IMG/VR virus record: IMGVR_UViG_2718218361_000002
Reading direction: 5' to 3' (one strand)
From: a virus
Taxonomy: Duplodnaviria; Heunggongvirae; Uroviricota; Caudoviricetes
DNA length: 36,421 nucleotides
Part shown: positions 28,185 through 36,421 of the stretch, in pieces
Layout of the letters: each line of letters opens with the position of its first letter
Position numbering within the stretch: position 1 is the first letter of the stretch
Notes under the pieces: generated by a model
What the model saw: the letters and a program-made list of their open reading frames with translations, nothing else
Databases searched by the model: none
Told to the model about the DNA's origin: nothing
Made by a program: the position numbers and the translations under genes

Positions 28185-29375
28185 ATGAGCGACTATCATC
28201 ATGGCGTGCAGGTGCTGGAGATTAACGACGGCACCCGCGTCATTTCCACCGTATCCACGGCCATTGTCGGCATGGTCTGCACGGCCAGCGATGCGGATGC
28301 GGAAATCTTCCCCCTCAATAAACCGGTACTGATTACCAATGTGCAGAGCGCAATTGCAAAGGCTGGTAAAAAAGGCACGCTGGCGGCATCGTTGCAGGCC
28401 ATCGCCGACCAGTCAAAACCGGTCACCGTTGTCGTACGTGTGGAAGACGGCACCGGCGACGACGAGGAAACGAAACTCGCGCAGACCGTTTCCAATATCA
28501 TCGGCACCACCGACGAAAACGGTCAGTACACCGGACTGAAAGCCCTGCTGGCGGCGGAGTCGGTAACCGGTGTTAAACCGCGTATTCTCGGCGTGCCGGG
28601 ACTGGATACCAAAGAGGTGGCTGTTGCACTGGCATCAGTCTGTCAGAAGCTGCGCGCTTTCGGGTATATCAGCGCATGGGGCTGTAAAACCATTTCCGAG
28701 GTGAAAGCCTACCGTCAGAATTTCAGCCAGCGTGAGCTGATGGTCATCTGGCCGGATTTCCTCGCATGGGATACGGTCACCAGTACCACCGCCACCGCGT
28801 ATGCCACCGCCCGTGCGCTGGGGCTGCGCGCTAAAATCGACCAGGAGCAGGGCTGGCATAAAACGCTGTCCAATGTCGGGGTGAACGGTGTTACCGGCAT
28901 CAGCGCCTCTGTATTCTGGGATTTGCAGGAGTCCGGTACTGATGCTGACCTGCTTAACGAGTCAGGCGTCACAACGCTGATTCGCCGTGACGGTTTCCGC
29001 TTCTGGGGTAACCGTACCTGCTCTGATGACCCGCTGTTCCTCTTTGAAAACTACACCCGCACCGCGCAGGTGCTGGCCGACACGATGGCTGAGGCGCACA
29101 TGTGGGCGGTGGACAAGCCCATCACTGCAACGCTGATTCGCGACATCGTTGACGGTATTAATGCCAAATTCCGTGAGCTGAAAACAAACGGCTATATCGT
29201 GGATGCGACCTGCTGGTTCAGCGAAGAATCCAACGATGCGCAAACCCTCAAGGCCGGAAAACTGTATATCGACTACGACTATACCCCGGTGCCTCCTCTT
29301 GAAAACCTGACCCTGCGCCAGCGTATTACCGATAAATACCTGGCAAATCTGGTCACCTCGGTTAACAGCAATTAA
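28185..29375 (+). CDS. FI: tail sheath protein
   Basis: 396 aa; MSDYHHGVQVLEINDGTRVISTV... Confidence 0.95.
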   Translation: MSDYHHGVQVLEINDGTRVISTVSTAIVGMVCTASDADAEIFPLNKPVLITNVQSAIAKAGKKGTLAASLQAIADQSKPVTVVVRVEDGTGDDEETKLAQTVSNIIGTTDENGQYTGLKALLAAESVTGVKPRILGVPGLDTKEVAVALASVCQKLRAFGYISAWGCKTISEVKAYRQNFSQRELMVIWPDFLAWDTVTSTTATAYATARALGLRAKIDQEQGWHKTLSNVGVNGVTGISASVFWDLQESGTDADLLNESGVTTLIRRDGFRFWGNRTCSDDPLFLFENYTRTAQVLADTMAEAHMWAVDKPITATLIRDIVDGINAKFRELKTNGYIVDATCWFSEESNDAQTLKAGKLYIDYDYTPVPPLENLTLRQRITDKYLANLVTSVNSN

Positions 29376-29387
29376 GGAGCCTGACCG

Positions 29388-29906
29388 ATGGCAATGCCGC
29401 GCAAACTCAAGTTAATGAACGTCTTTCTGAACGGCTACAGCTATCAGGGCGTTGCAAAGTCCGTCACGCTGCCAAAACTGACCCGTAAGCTTGAAAACTA
29501 TCGCGGTGCGGGGATGAACGGCAGCGCACCGGTAGACCTCGGCCTTGATGACGATGCGCTGTCAATGGAGTGGTCGCTCGGGGGCTTCCCGGATTCGGTT
29601 ATCTGGGAGCTTTACGCCGCAACCGGTGTGGATGCCGTGCCGATTCGTTTTGCCGGCTCTTACCAGCGCGACGATACCGGCGAAACGGTGGCCGTCGAGG
29701 TGGTCATGCGTGGCCGTCAGAAAGAAATCGACACCGGCGAGGGGAAACAGGGAGAAGATACCGAGTCGAAAATCTCCGTGGTCTGCACCTATTTCCGGCT
29801 GACGATGGATGGTAAGGAGCTGGTCGAAATTGACACCATCAACATGATTGAGAAGGTGAACGGCGTCGACCGGCTGGAGCAACACCGCCGCAATATCGGC
29901 CTGTGA
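29388..29906 (+). CDS. FII: tail tube protein
   Basis: 172 aa; SD AAGGAG. Confidence 0.95.
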   Translation: MAMPRKLKLMNVFLNGYSYQGVAKSVTLPKLTRKLENYRGAGMNGSAPVDLGLDDDALSMEWSLGGFPDSVIWELYAATGVDAVPIRFAGSYQRDDTGETVAVEVVMRGRQKEIDTGEGKQGEDTESKISVVCTYFRLTMDGKELVEIDTINMIEKVNGVDRLEQHRRNIGL

Positions 29907-29962
29907 TTTTCATCCGGTCAGCCAGGCTGACCGGTTAACCCCGATTCAGAAGTGAGAAAACC

Positions 29963-30238
29963 ATGAACAAAGAAAATGTCATTACCCTGGACAATCCGGT
30001 CAAACGTGGTGAGCAGGTTATCGAACAGGTCACGCTGATGAAACCCAATGCCGGGACGCTGCGCGGTGTCAGTCTGGCAGCGGTCGCGAACTCTGAAGTC
30101 GATGCACTGATTAAGGTGCTGCCGCGCATGACGGCACCGATGCTGACCGAGCAGGAAGTCGCCGCGCTGGAACTGCCTGACCTTGTGGCGCTGGCCGGTA
30201 AGGTGGTCGGTTTTTTGTCGCCGAACTCGGTGCAGTGA
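29963..30238 (+). CDS. E: tail assembly chaperone E (E+E' by -1 frameshift, extension to 30390)
   Basis: 91 aa ending VGFLSPNSVQ; slippery GGTTTTTTG near the 3' end; -1 frame stays open to TAA at 30388..30390. Confidence 0.9.
   Translation: MNKENVITLDNPVKRGEQVIEQVTLMKPNAGTLRGVSLAAVANSEVDALIKVLPRMTAPMLTEQEVAALELPDLVALAGKVVGFLSPNSVQ
30209..30217 (+). promoter_or_regulatory. programmed -1 ribosomal frameshift site (E/E')
   Basis: GGTTTTTTG heptamer-type slippery run; -1 frame adds ~58 codons ending at the start of T. Confidence 0.7.
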
Positions 30239-30382
30239 CGTTTCCGAAAAATCTGTCGGTCGATGACCTGATGGCGGATGTGGCAGTGATATTTCACTGG
30301 CCGCCATCAGAACTGTATCCCATGAGCCTGACCGAACTCATCACATGGCGCGAAAAGGCGCTCCGGCGAAGCGGAAACACGA

Positions 30383-32830
30383 ATGAGTAACAATGTAAAA
30401 TTACAGGTATTGCTCAGGGCTGTTGACCAGGCATCCCGCCCGTTTAAATCCATCCGCACAGCGAGCAAATCGCTGTCGGGGGATATCCGGGAAACACAAA
30501 AATCACTGCGCGAGCTGAACGGTCAGGCATCCCGTATTGAGGGATTCCGCAAGACCAGTACACAGCTCGCCGTGACTGGTCATGCACTTGAAAAGGCTCG
30601 GCAGGAGGCCGAAGCCCTTGCCACACAGTTTAAAAATACCGAACGTCCGACCCGTGCTCAGGCGAAAGTGCTGGAATCCGCAAAGCGTGCGGCGGAGGAC
30701 TTACAGGCGAAATATAACCGCCTGACGGATTCCGTTAAACGCCAGCAGCGGGAACTGGCCGCTGTGGGAATTAATACCCGCAATCTTGCACATGATGAGC
30801 AGGGACTGAAAAACCGTATCAGTGAAACCACCGCACAGCTTAACCGTCAGCGTGACGCACTGGCGCGTGTCAGTGCACAACAGGCAAAACTTAACGCAGT
30901 AAAACAGCGTTATCAGGCCGGAAAGGAACTGGCCGGAAATATGGCCTCAGTGGGCGCTGCCGGTGTGGGGATTGCGGCGGCGGGAACGATGGCCGGAGTT
31001 AAGTTGCTGATGCCCGGTTATGAGTTTGCGCAGAAAAACTCAGAATTGCAGGCTGTGCTCGGTGTGGCAAAAGACTCCGCCGAAATGACCGCACTACGCA
31101 AACAGGCGCGCCAGCTCGGCGACAATACCGCCGCCTCAGCGGATGATGCGGCCGGTGCACAGATAATCATCGCGAAAGCGGGTGGGGATGTTGATGCCAT
31201 TCAGGCGGCAACGCCGGTCACGCTGAATATGGCGCTGGCGAACCGCCGCACGATGGAAGAAAACGCCGCCCTGCTGATGGGGATGAAATCCGCCTTTCAG
31301 CTTTCAAACGATAAGGTCGCTCATATCGGGGATGTTCTCTCCATGACGATGAACAAAACCGCCGCCGATTTTGACGGCATGAGCGATGCGCTGACCTATG
31401 CCGCACCTGTGGCAAAAAATGCCGGTGTCAGCATTGAAGAAACCGCCGCAATGGTCGGGGCGCTGCATGATGCAAAAATCACAGGCTCAATGGCGGGGAC
31501 GGGAAGCCGTGCCGTGTTAAGCCGTCTGCAGGCACCGACGGGAAAAGCATGGGATGCACTCAAAGAGCTTGGCGTGAAAACCTCAGACAGTAAGGGGAAT
31601 ACCCGACCAGTATTTACCATTCTGAAAGAAATGCAGGCCAGTTTTGAGAAAAACCGGCTCGGTACTGCCCAGCAGGCTGAATACATGAAAACTATTTTCG
31701 GGGAGGAGGCCAGCTCAGCCGCCGCCGTGCTGATGACTGCCGCCTCAACTGGAAAGCTGGACAAACTGACCGCTGCGTTTAAAGCCTCAGACGGGAAGAC
31801 TGCCGAGCTGGTAAATATCATGCAGGACAACCTCGGCGGTGACTTTAAGGAGTTTCAGTCCGCTTATGAGGCGGTGGGGACTGACCTGTTTGACCAGCAG
31901 GAAGGCGCACTGCGTAAGCTCACGCAGACGGCCACAAAGTATGTGTTAAAACTCGACGGCTGGATCCAGAAAAACAAATCACTGGCGTCAACCATCGGCA
32001 TTATTGCCGGTGGTGTACTGGCGCTGACTGGCATCATTGGTGCCATTGGCCTCGTAGCCTGGCCGGTTATCACCGGCATCAATGCCATCATCGCGGCAGC
32101 AGGCGCAATGGGGGCAATCTTCACGACGGTTGGCAGTGCTGTTATGACGGCCATCGGGGCGATTAGCTGGCCGGTTGTGGCCGTGGTGGCCGCCATTGTC
32201 GCCGGGGCGTTGCTTATCCGTAAATACTGGGAGCCTGTCAGCGCATTCTTTGGCGGTGTGGTGGAAGGGCTGAAAGCGGCATTTGCGCCGGTGGGGGAAC
32301 TGTTCACGCCACTTAAACCGGTGTTTGACTGGCTGGGTGAAAAGTTACAGGCCGCGTGGCAGTGGTTTAAAAACCTGATTGCCCCGGTCAAAGCCACCCA
32401 GGACACCCTGAACCGTTGCCGTGACACGGGCGTCATGTTCGGGCAGGCACTGGCTGACGCGCTGATGCTGCCGCTTAATGCGTTCAACAAACTGCGCAGT
32501 GGTATTGACTGGGTACTGGAAAAACTCGGTGTCATCAACAAAGAGTCAGACACACTTGACCAGACCGCCGCAAGGACTAATGCCGCCACGTATGGCACCG
32601 GTGGTTATATTCCGGCGACCAGCTCTTATGCAGGCTATCAGGCTTATCAGCCGGTCACGGCACCGGCTGGCCGCTCTTATGTGGACCAGAGTAAAAACGA
32701 ATATCACATCAGCCTGACCGGTGGTACTGCGCCGGGGACACAGCTTGACCGCCAGTTACAGGATGCGCTCGAAAAATACGAGCGGGATAAACGTGCGCGC
32801 GCCCGTGCCAGCATGATGCATGACGGTTAA
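30383..32830 (+). CDS. T: tail tape measure protein
   Basis: 815 aa; coiled-coil N-terminal half, Gly/Ala-rich hydrophobic middle. Confidence 0.95.
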   Translation: MSNNVKLQVLLRAVDQASRPFKSIRTASKSLSGDIRETQKSLRELNGQASRIEGFRKTSTQLAVTGHALEKARQEAEALATQFKNTERPTRAQAKVLESAKRAAEDLQAKYNRLTDSVKRQQRELAAVGINTRNLAHDEQGLKNRISETTAQLNRQRDALARVSAQQAKLNAVKQRYQAGKELAGNMASVGAAGVGIAAAGTMAGVKLLMPGYEFAQKNSELQAVLGVAKDSAEMTALRKQARQLGDNTAASADDAAGAQIIIAKAGGDVDAIQAATPVTLNMALANRRTMEENAALLMGMKSAFQLSNDKVAHIGDVLSMTMNKTAADFDGMSDALTYAAPVAKNAGVSIEETAAMVGALHDAKITGSMAGTGSRAVLSRLQAPTGKAWDALKELGVKTSDSKGNTRPVFTILKEMQASFEKNRLGTAQQAEYMKTIFGEEASSAAAVLMTAASTGKLDKLTAAFKASDGKTAELVNIMQDNLGGDFKEFQSAYEAVGTDLFDQQEGALRKLTQTATKYVLKLDGWIQKNKSLASTIGIIAGGVLALTGIIGAIGLVAWPVITGINAIIAAAGAMGAIFTTVGSAVMTAIGAISWPVVAVVAAIVAGALLIRKYWEPVSAFFGGVVEGLKAAFAPVGELFTPLKPVFDWLGEKLQAAWQWFKNLIAPVKATQDTLNRCRDTGVMFGQALADALMLPLNAFNKLRSGIDWVLEKLGVINKESDTLDQTAARTNAATYGTGGYIPATSSYAGYQAYQPVTAPAGRSYVDQSKNEYHISLTGGTAPGTQLDRQLQDALEKYERDKRARARASMMHDG

Positions 32831-32844
32831 GGAGGTGACGAAAA

Positions 32845-33324
32845 ATGATGCTCGCGTTAGGTATGTTTGTTTTTATGCGCCAGACGCTGCCACACCAGAC
32901 CATGCAGCGTGAATCAGATTATCGCTGGCCGTCAAATTCCCGTATCGGTAAACGGGATGCCTACCAGTTTCTCGGTGTGGGTGAGGAAAACATCACGCTT
33001 GCCGGCGTGCTTTATCCCGAACTGACCGGCGGCAAGCTGACGATGACCACGCTCAGGCTGATGGCAGAGGAAGGCCGGGCGTGGCCGTTGCTGGATGGCA
33101 CCGGCATGATTTACGGCATGTATGTCATCAGCAGGGTGAATGAAACAGGGAGTATTTTCTTTGCAGACGGCACACCCCGGAAAATTGATTTTACGCTGTC
33201 GCTCACCCGCGTTGATGAATCACTGGCCGCGCTTTATGGCGATATCGGTAAACAGGCGGAATCGCTCATCGGTAAGGCTGGCAGTATGGCGACTAAATTC
33301 ACGGGTATGACGGGGGCGGGATAA
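32845..33324 (+). CDS. U: tail protein U
   Basis: 159 aa, synteny. Confidence 0.9.
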   Translation: MMLALGMFVFMRQTLPHQTMQRESDYRWPSNSRIGKRDAYQFLGVGEENITLAGVLYPELTGGKLTMTTLRLMAEEGRAWPLLDGTGMIYGMYVISRVNETGSIFFADGTPRKIDFTLSLTRVDESLAALYGDIGKQAESLIGKAGSMATKFTGMTGAG

Positions 33325-34487
33325 TGCTGGATGCGCTGACATTTGATGCAGGCAGTACGCTGACGCCGGATTACATGCTGATGCTCGACAGCAGGGATAT
33401 TACCGGCAATATCAGCGACCGTCTGATGAGCATGACCCTGACGGATAACCGGGGCTTTGAGGCTGACCAGCTTGATATTGAACTGAACGATGCCGACGGG
33501 CAGGTCGGGCTGCCGGTTCGTGGCGCTGTCCTGACGGTGTATATCGGCTGGAAAGGTTTTGCCCTGGTATGCAAAGGGAAATTCACCGTTGATGAGGTTG
33601 AACACCGGGGCGCGCCGGATGTGGTTACCATCCGCGCCCGGAGTGCAGATTTTCGCGGGACGCTCAATTCCCGCCGTGAAGGCTCATGGCATGACACCAC
33701 GCTCGGTGCGATTGTTGAGGCGATAGCCTCCCGTAACAAGCTGGAAGCCAGTGTCGCGCCGTCACTGGACGGAATTAAAATCCCGCACATCGACCAGTCG
33801 CAGGAGTCTGATGCGAAATTCCTGACCCGCCTTGCTGAACGCAACGGCGGTGAGGTGTCGGTAAAAATGGGAAAACTGCTGTTTCTCAAAGCGGGGCAGG
33901 GGGTGACGGCCAGCGGTAAAAAAATCCCGCAGATTACCATCACCCGCAGCGACGGCGACCGTCATCATTTTGCGATTGCTGACCGTGGAGCTTACACCGG
34001 CGTAACGGCAAAGTGGTTACACACCAAAGACCCGAAGCCGCAAAAGCAGAAGGTAAAACTGAAACGCAAAAAGAAAGAAAAACACCTGCGCGCACTGGAG
34101 CACCCGAAAGCGAAACCGGTCACGCAGAAGAAAGCGCCAAAAGTACCGGAAGCGCGCGAAGGTGAATACATGGCCGGTGAGGCTGACAACGTTTTTGCCC
34201 TGACCACGGTATATGCCACGAAAGCGCAGGCCATGCGCGCCGCTCAGGCGAAGTGGGATAAACTGCAACGGGGCGTAGCGGAGTTCTCCATCAGCCTGGC
34301 TACCGGTCGGGCAGATATTTACACGGAAACACCGGTTAAAGTGTCAGGCTTTAAGCGCGTCATAGACGAGCAGGACTGGACAATCACTAAGGTGACACAT
34401 TTTCTGAATAACAGCGGCTTCACGACGTCCTTGGAGCTTGAGGTCAGGCTTTCTGATGTGGAGTACGAAACAGAAGATGATGAGTGA
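33324..34487 (+). CDS. D: tail protein D
   Basis: 387 aa, synteny. Confidence 0.9.
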   Translation: MLDALTFDAGSTLTPDYMLMLDSRDITGNISDRLMSMTLTDNRGFEADQLDIELNDADGQVGLPVRGAVLTVYIGWKGFALVCKGKFTVDEVEHRGAPDVVTIRARSADFRGTLNSRREGSWHDTTLGAIVEAIASRNKLEASVAPSLDGIKIPHIDQSQESDAKFLTRLAERNGGEVSVKMGKLLFLKAGQGVTASGKKIPQITITRSDGDRHHFAIADRGAYTGVTAKWLHTKDPKPQKQKVKLKRKKKEKHLRALEHPKAKPVTQKKAPKVPEAREGEYMAGEADNVFALTTVYATKAQAMRAAQAKWDKLQRGVAEFSISLATGRADIYTETPVKVSGFKRVIDEQDWTITKVTHFLNNSGFTTSLELEVRLSDVEYETEDDE

Positions 34488-34568
34488 TGTTTTGTTTTTA
34501 TCTGTTTGTTTTATAAGGGTAAATTAACTAAAATGGCACCATCAACAAAACCGGAAGAGGTGCTCGCG

Positions 34569-34787
34569 ATGTTTCATTGTCCTTTATGCCAGCATGCCGC
34601 ACATGCGCGTACAAGTCGCTATATCACTGACACGACAAAAGAGCGTTATCACCAGTGTCAGAACGTGAATTGCAGCGCCACGTTCATCACTTATGAGTCG
34701 GTACAGAGATACATCGTGAAGCCGGGAGAAGTCCACGCCGTGAGGCCGCACCCGTTGCCGTCAGGGCAGCAAATTATGTGGATGTAA
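34569..34787 (+). CDS. ogr: late-gene transcription activator Ogr (zinc finger)
   Basis: ORF track 34506..34787; start at ATG 34569 (MFHCPLCQHAAHARTSRY...CQNVNCSATF); 72 aa. Confidence 0.9.
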   Translation: MFHCPLCQHAAHARTSRYITDTTKERYHQCQNVNCSATFITYESVQRYIVKPGEVHAVRPHPLPSGQQIMWM

Positions 34788-34798
34788 TTACAAACAGG

Positions 34799-34824
34799 AA
34801 GCCCCTCAGTCGAGGGGCTTTTTT
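34799..34824 (+). terminator. rho-independent terminator after ogr
   Basis: GCCCCTC-agtc-GAGGGGC followed by TTTTTT. Confidence 0.8.
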
Positions 34825-34887
34825 GTCGATGTGGTCAATGTGTGGACGTGACCAGAAATAAATCCTTTTATTTCATTGTATTACGCG

Positions 34888-34915
34888 TAAAAAATAAGCC
34901 CGTGTAAGGGAGATT
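34888..34915. repeat. attR core (lies in the 3' terminator end of cyaR)
   Basis: TAAAAAATAAGCCCGTGTAAGGGAGATT, identical to 1790..1817. Confidence 0.85.
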
Positions 34916-34975
34916 ACACAGGCTAAGGAGGTGGTTCCTGGTACAGCTAGCATTTTATGGGTTATGTTTTTCAGC
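34889..34975 (-). ncRNA. cyaR: CyaR (RyeE) Hfq-dependent sRNA
   Basis: Reverse complement reads GCTGAAAAACATAACCCATAAAATGCTAGCTGTACCAGGAACCACCTCCTTAGCCTGTGTAATCTCCCTTACACGGGCTTATTTTTT, matching my recollection of E. coli CyaR; sits between the prophage and yegQ as in K-12. Confidence 0.85.
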
Positions 34976-35009
34976 GAAACGGATGATAACCTTAATAAAT
35001 ACAGCTGTA

Positions 35010-35025
35010 TGTGATCGGTTTCTAA
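35010..35025 (-). promoter_or_regulatory. candidate CRP half-site upstream of cyaR
   Basis: TGTGA-containing motif (TGTGATCGGTTTCTAA) about 35-50 nt upstream of the cyaR 5' end; cyaR is known to be CRP-activated. Confidence 0.35.
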
Positions 35026-35059
35026 GAATTTTCCATCCGGGAAAAATAATCGAAATTAA

Positions 35060-36421
35060 TCACTTACCGTGGGGATTACGCGTGGTTTCCCCGGAGAAAT
35101 TACGCATCAGCAGCGCGTAATTGAGCTCAAGATCCTGCGGGACCGGGAGCCACACAGTATAACCATCGCCTGGTGCTATCGGCATAGCTTCGCCTTTGGC
35201 GTTTTCCATGTGCTCAAGGGTAAAATTAATGTTGCCTTGCGGCGTCATCAGCTCAAGGCTGTCGCCAACGGAGAATTTATTTTTCACCGCTACCGCCGCG
35301 AGGTCCCCCTTGCGCTCACCGGTAAACTCACCAACAAACTGCTGGCGGTCAGAAACTGAATAACCGTATTCGTAGTTCTGATAATCGTCGTGAGTATGAC
35401 GACGCAGGAAACCTTCGGTATAGCCACGATGCGCCAGACCTTCCAGAGTTTCCAGCAGGCTGGTATCGAACGGTTTTCCCGCAGCGGCGTCATCGATAGC
35501 TTTGCGGTAAACCTGTGCGGTGCGTGCACAATAGTAGAAAGATTTGGTACGACCTTCGATTTTCAGCGAATGCACGCCCATTTTGGTCAGGCGTTCTACA
35601 TGGGCGATGGCGCGCAGATCTTTCGAGTTCATGATGTAAGTGCCGTGCTCATCTTCAAACGCGGTCATATACTCGCCCGGACGCTGGGCCTCTTCGATCA
35701 TAAACACTTTGTCGGTTGGTGCGCCGATACCCAGCGTCGGCTCAACATTTTGCACCGGAATCGGCTCGTACTTGTGTACGATGTTGCCAACATCATCTTC
35801 TTTCCCTTCCTGGACGTTGTACTCCCAGCGGCAGGCGTTGGTGCAGGTGCCCTGGTTCGGGTCGCGCTTGTTGATATAGCCAGAGAGCAGGCAGCGACCG
35901 GAGTAGGCCATGCACAGCGCGCCGTGAACGAAGATCTCGATCTCCATATCCGGCACCTGATTGCGGATCTCTTCAATCTCTTCCAGCGACAGCTCGCGAG
36001 AGAGGATCACGCGGGTCAGGCCCATTTGCTGCCAGAATTTCACCGTCGCCCAGTTCACGGCGTTAGCCTGCACCGAAAGGTGGATCGGCATTTCAGGGAA
36101 GTGCTCACGCACCAGCATAATCAGCCCTGGATCGGACATAATCAGCGCATCCGGCCCCATTTCCACCACCGGTTTCAGGTCACGGATAAAGGTTTTCAGC
36201 TTGGCGTTGTGCGGTGCAATGTTGACCACGACATAAAACTTTTTCCCCAGCGCGTGGGCTTCATTGATGCCGAGCTGAAGATTTTCGTGGTTGAATTCGT
36301 TGTTGCGCACACGCAGGGAATAACGCGGCTGGCCCGCATAAACAGCATCTGCGCCATAAGCGAAAGCGTAACGCATATTTTTCAGCGTTCCCGCCGGGGA
36401 AAGGAGTTCCGGTTTAAACAT
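35060..36421 (-). CDS. yegQ: U32-family peptidase-like protein YegQ (RlhA)
   Basis: 453-aa ORF filling the window edge (ATG at 36419..36421); MFKPELLSPAGTLKNMRYAFAYGADAVYAG... matches recalled YegQ. Confidence 0.9.
   Translation of the reverse strand: MFKPELLSPAGTLKNMRYAFAYGADAVYAGQPRYSLRVRNNEFNHENLQLGINEAHALGKKFYVVVNIAPHNAKLKTFIRDLKPVVEMGPDALIMSDPGLIMLVREHFPEMPIHLSVQANAVNWATVKFWQQMGLTRVILSRELSLEEIEEIRNQVPDMEIEIFVHGALCMAYSGRCLLSGYINKRDPNQGTCTNACRWEYNVQEGKEDDVGNIVHKYEPIPVQNVEPTLGIGAPTDKVFMIEEAQRPGEYMTAFEDEHGTYIMNSKDLRAIAHVERLTKMGVHSLKIEGRTKSFYYCARTAQVYRKAIDDAAAGKPFDTSLLETLEGLAHRGYTEGFLRRHTHDDYQNYEYGYSVSDRQQFVGEFTGERKGDLAAVAVKNKFSVGDSLELMTPQGNINFTLEHMENAKGEAMPIAPGDGYTVWLPVPQDLELNYALLMRNFSGETTRNPHGK

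Larger units (their letters stand above)
1790..34915. mobile_element. complete P2-like prophage (Peduovirus-type myovirus), ~33.1 kb
   Basis: Bounded by identical 28-bp direct repeats; integrase next to the left repeat and ogr next to the right; full P2 gene order in between; host genes yegR and cyaR/yegQ outside. Confidence 0.9.

Noticed and set aside
31864-32598. 244-aa reverse-strand ORF inside the tape measure gene T
   Set aside because: Antisense to a strongly supported ORF; Ala/Ser/Pro-rich translation; no start context.
33371-33943. 190-aa reverse-strand ORF inside gene D
   Set aside because: Antisense to a conserved tail gene; compositionally an artefact.

Overview
This window is an E. 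coli-type chromosomal segment (yegS-yegR on the left, cyaR-yegQ on the right) interrupted by a complete ~33.1 kb P2-like temperate myovirus prophage (1790..34915). The prophage is integrated into the 3' end of the cyaR sRNA gene and bounded by a perfect 28-bp direct repeat. It keeps canonical P2 gene order (int-C-cox-B-A, cos, Q-P-O-N-M-L-X-Y-K-lysABC-R-S-V-W-J-I-H-G-FI-FII-E-T-U-D-ogr) and every backbone ORF looks intact. Three visibly AT-rich accessory loci interrupt the backbone. (1) The A-to-Q interval holds the cos site, a tiny hydrophobic ORF with a strong RBS, and a translationally coupled two-gene module (477-aa ABC-type ATPase plus 190-aa partner) that I cannot place in a named family; this is my best candidate for an undescribed anti-phage system. 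(2) A reverse-oriented ~357-aa two-pass membrane protein sits between S and V. (3) A 408-aa PD-(D/E)xK nuclease-like protein (Shedu/DUF4263-like candidate) sits between G and FI. All assignments rest on reading the translated ORFs and on recalled family features and P2 gene lengths; no database search was run and composition was judged by eye.
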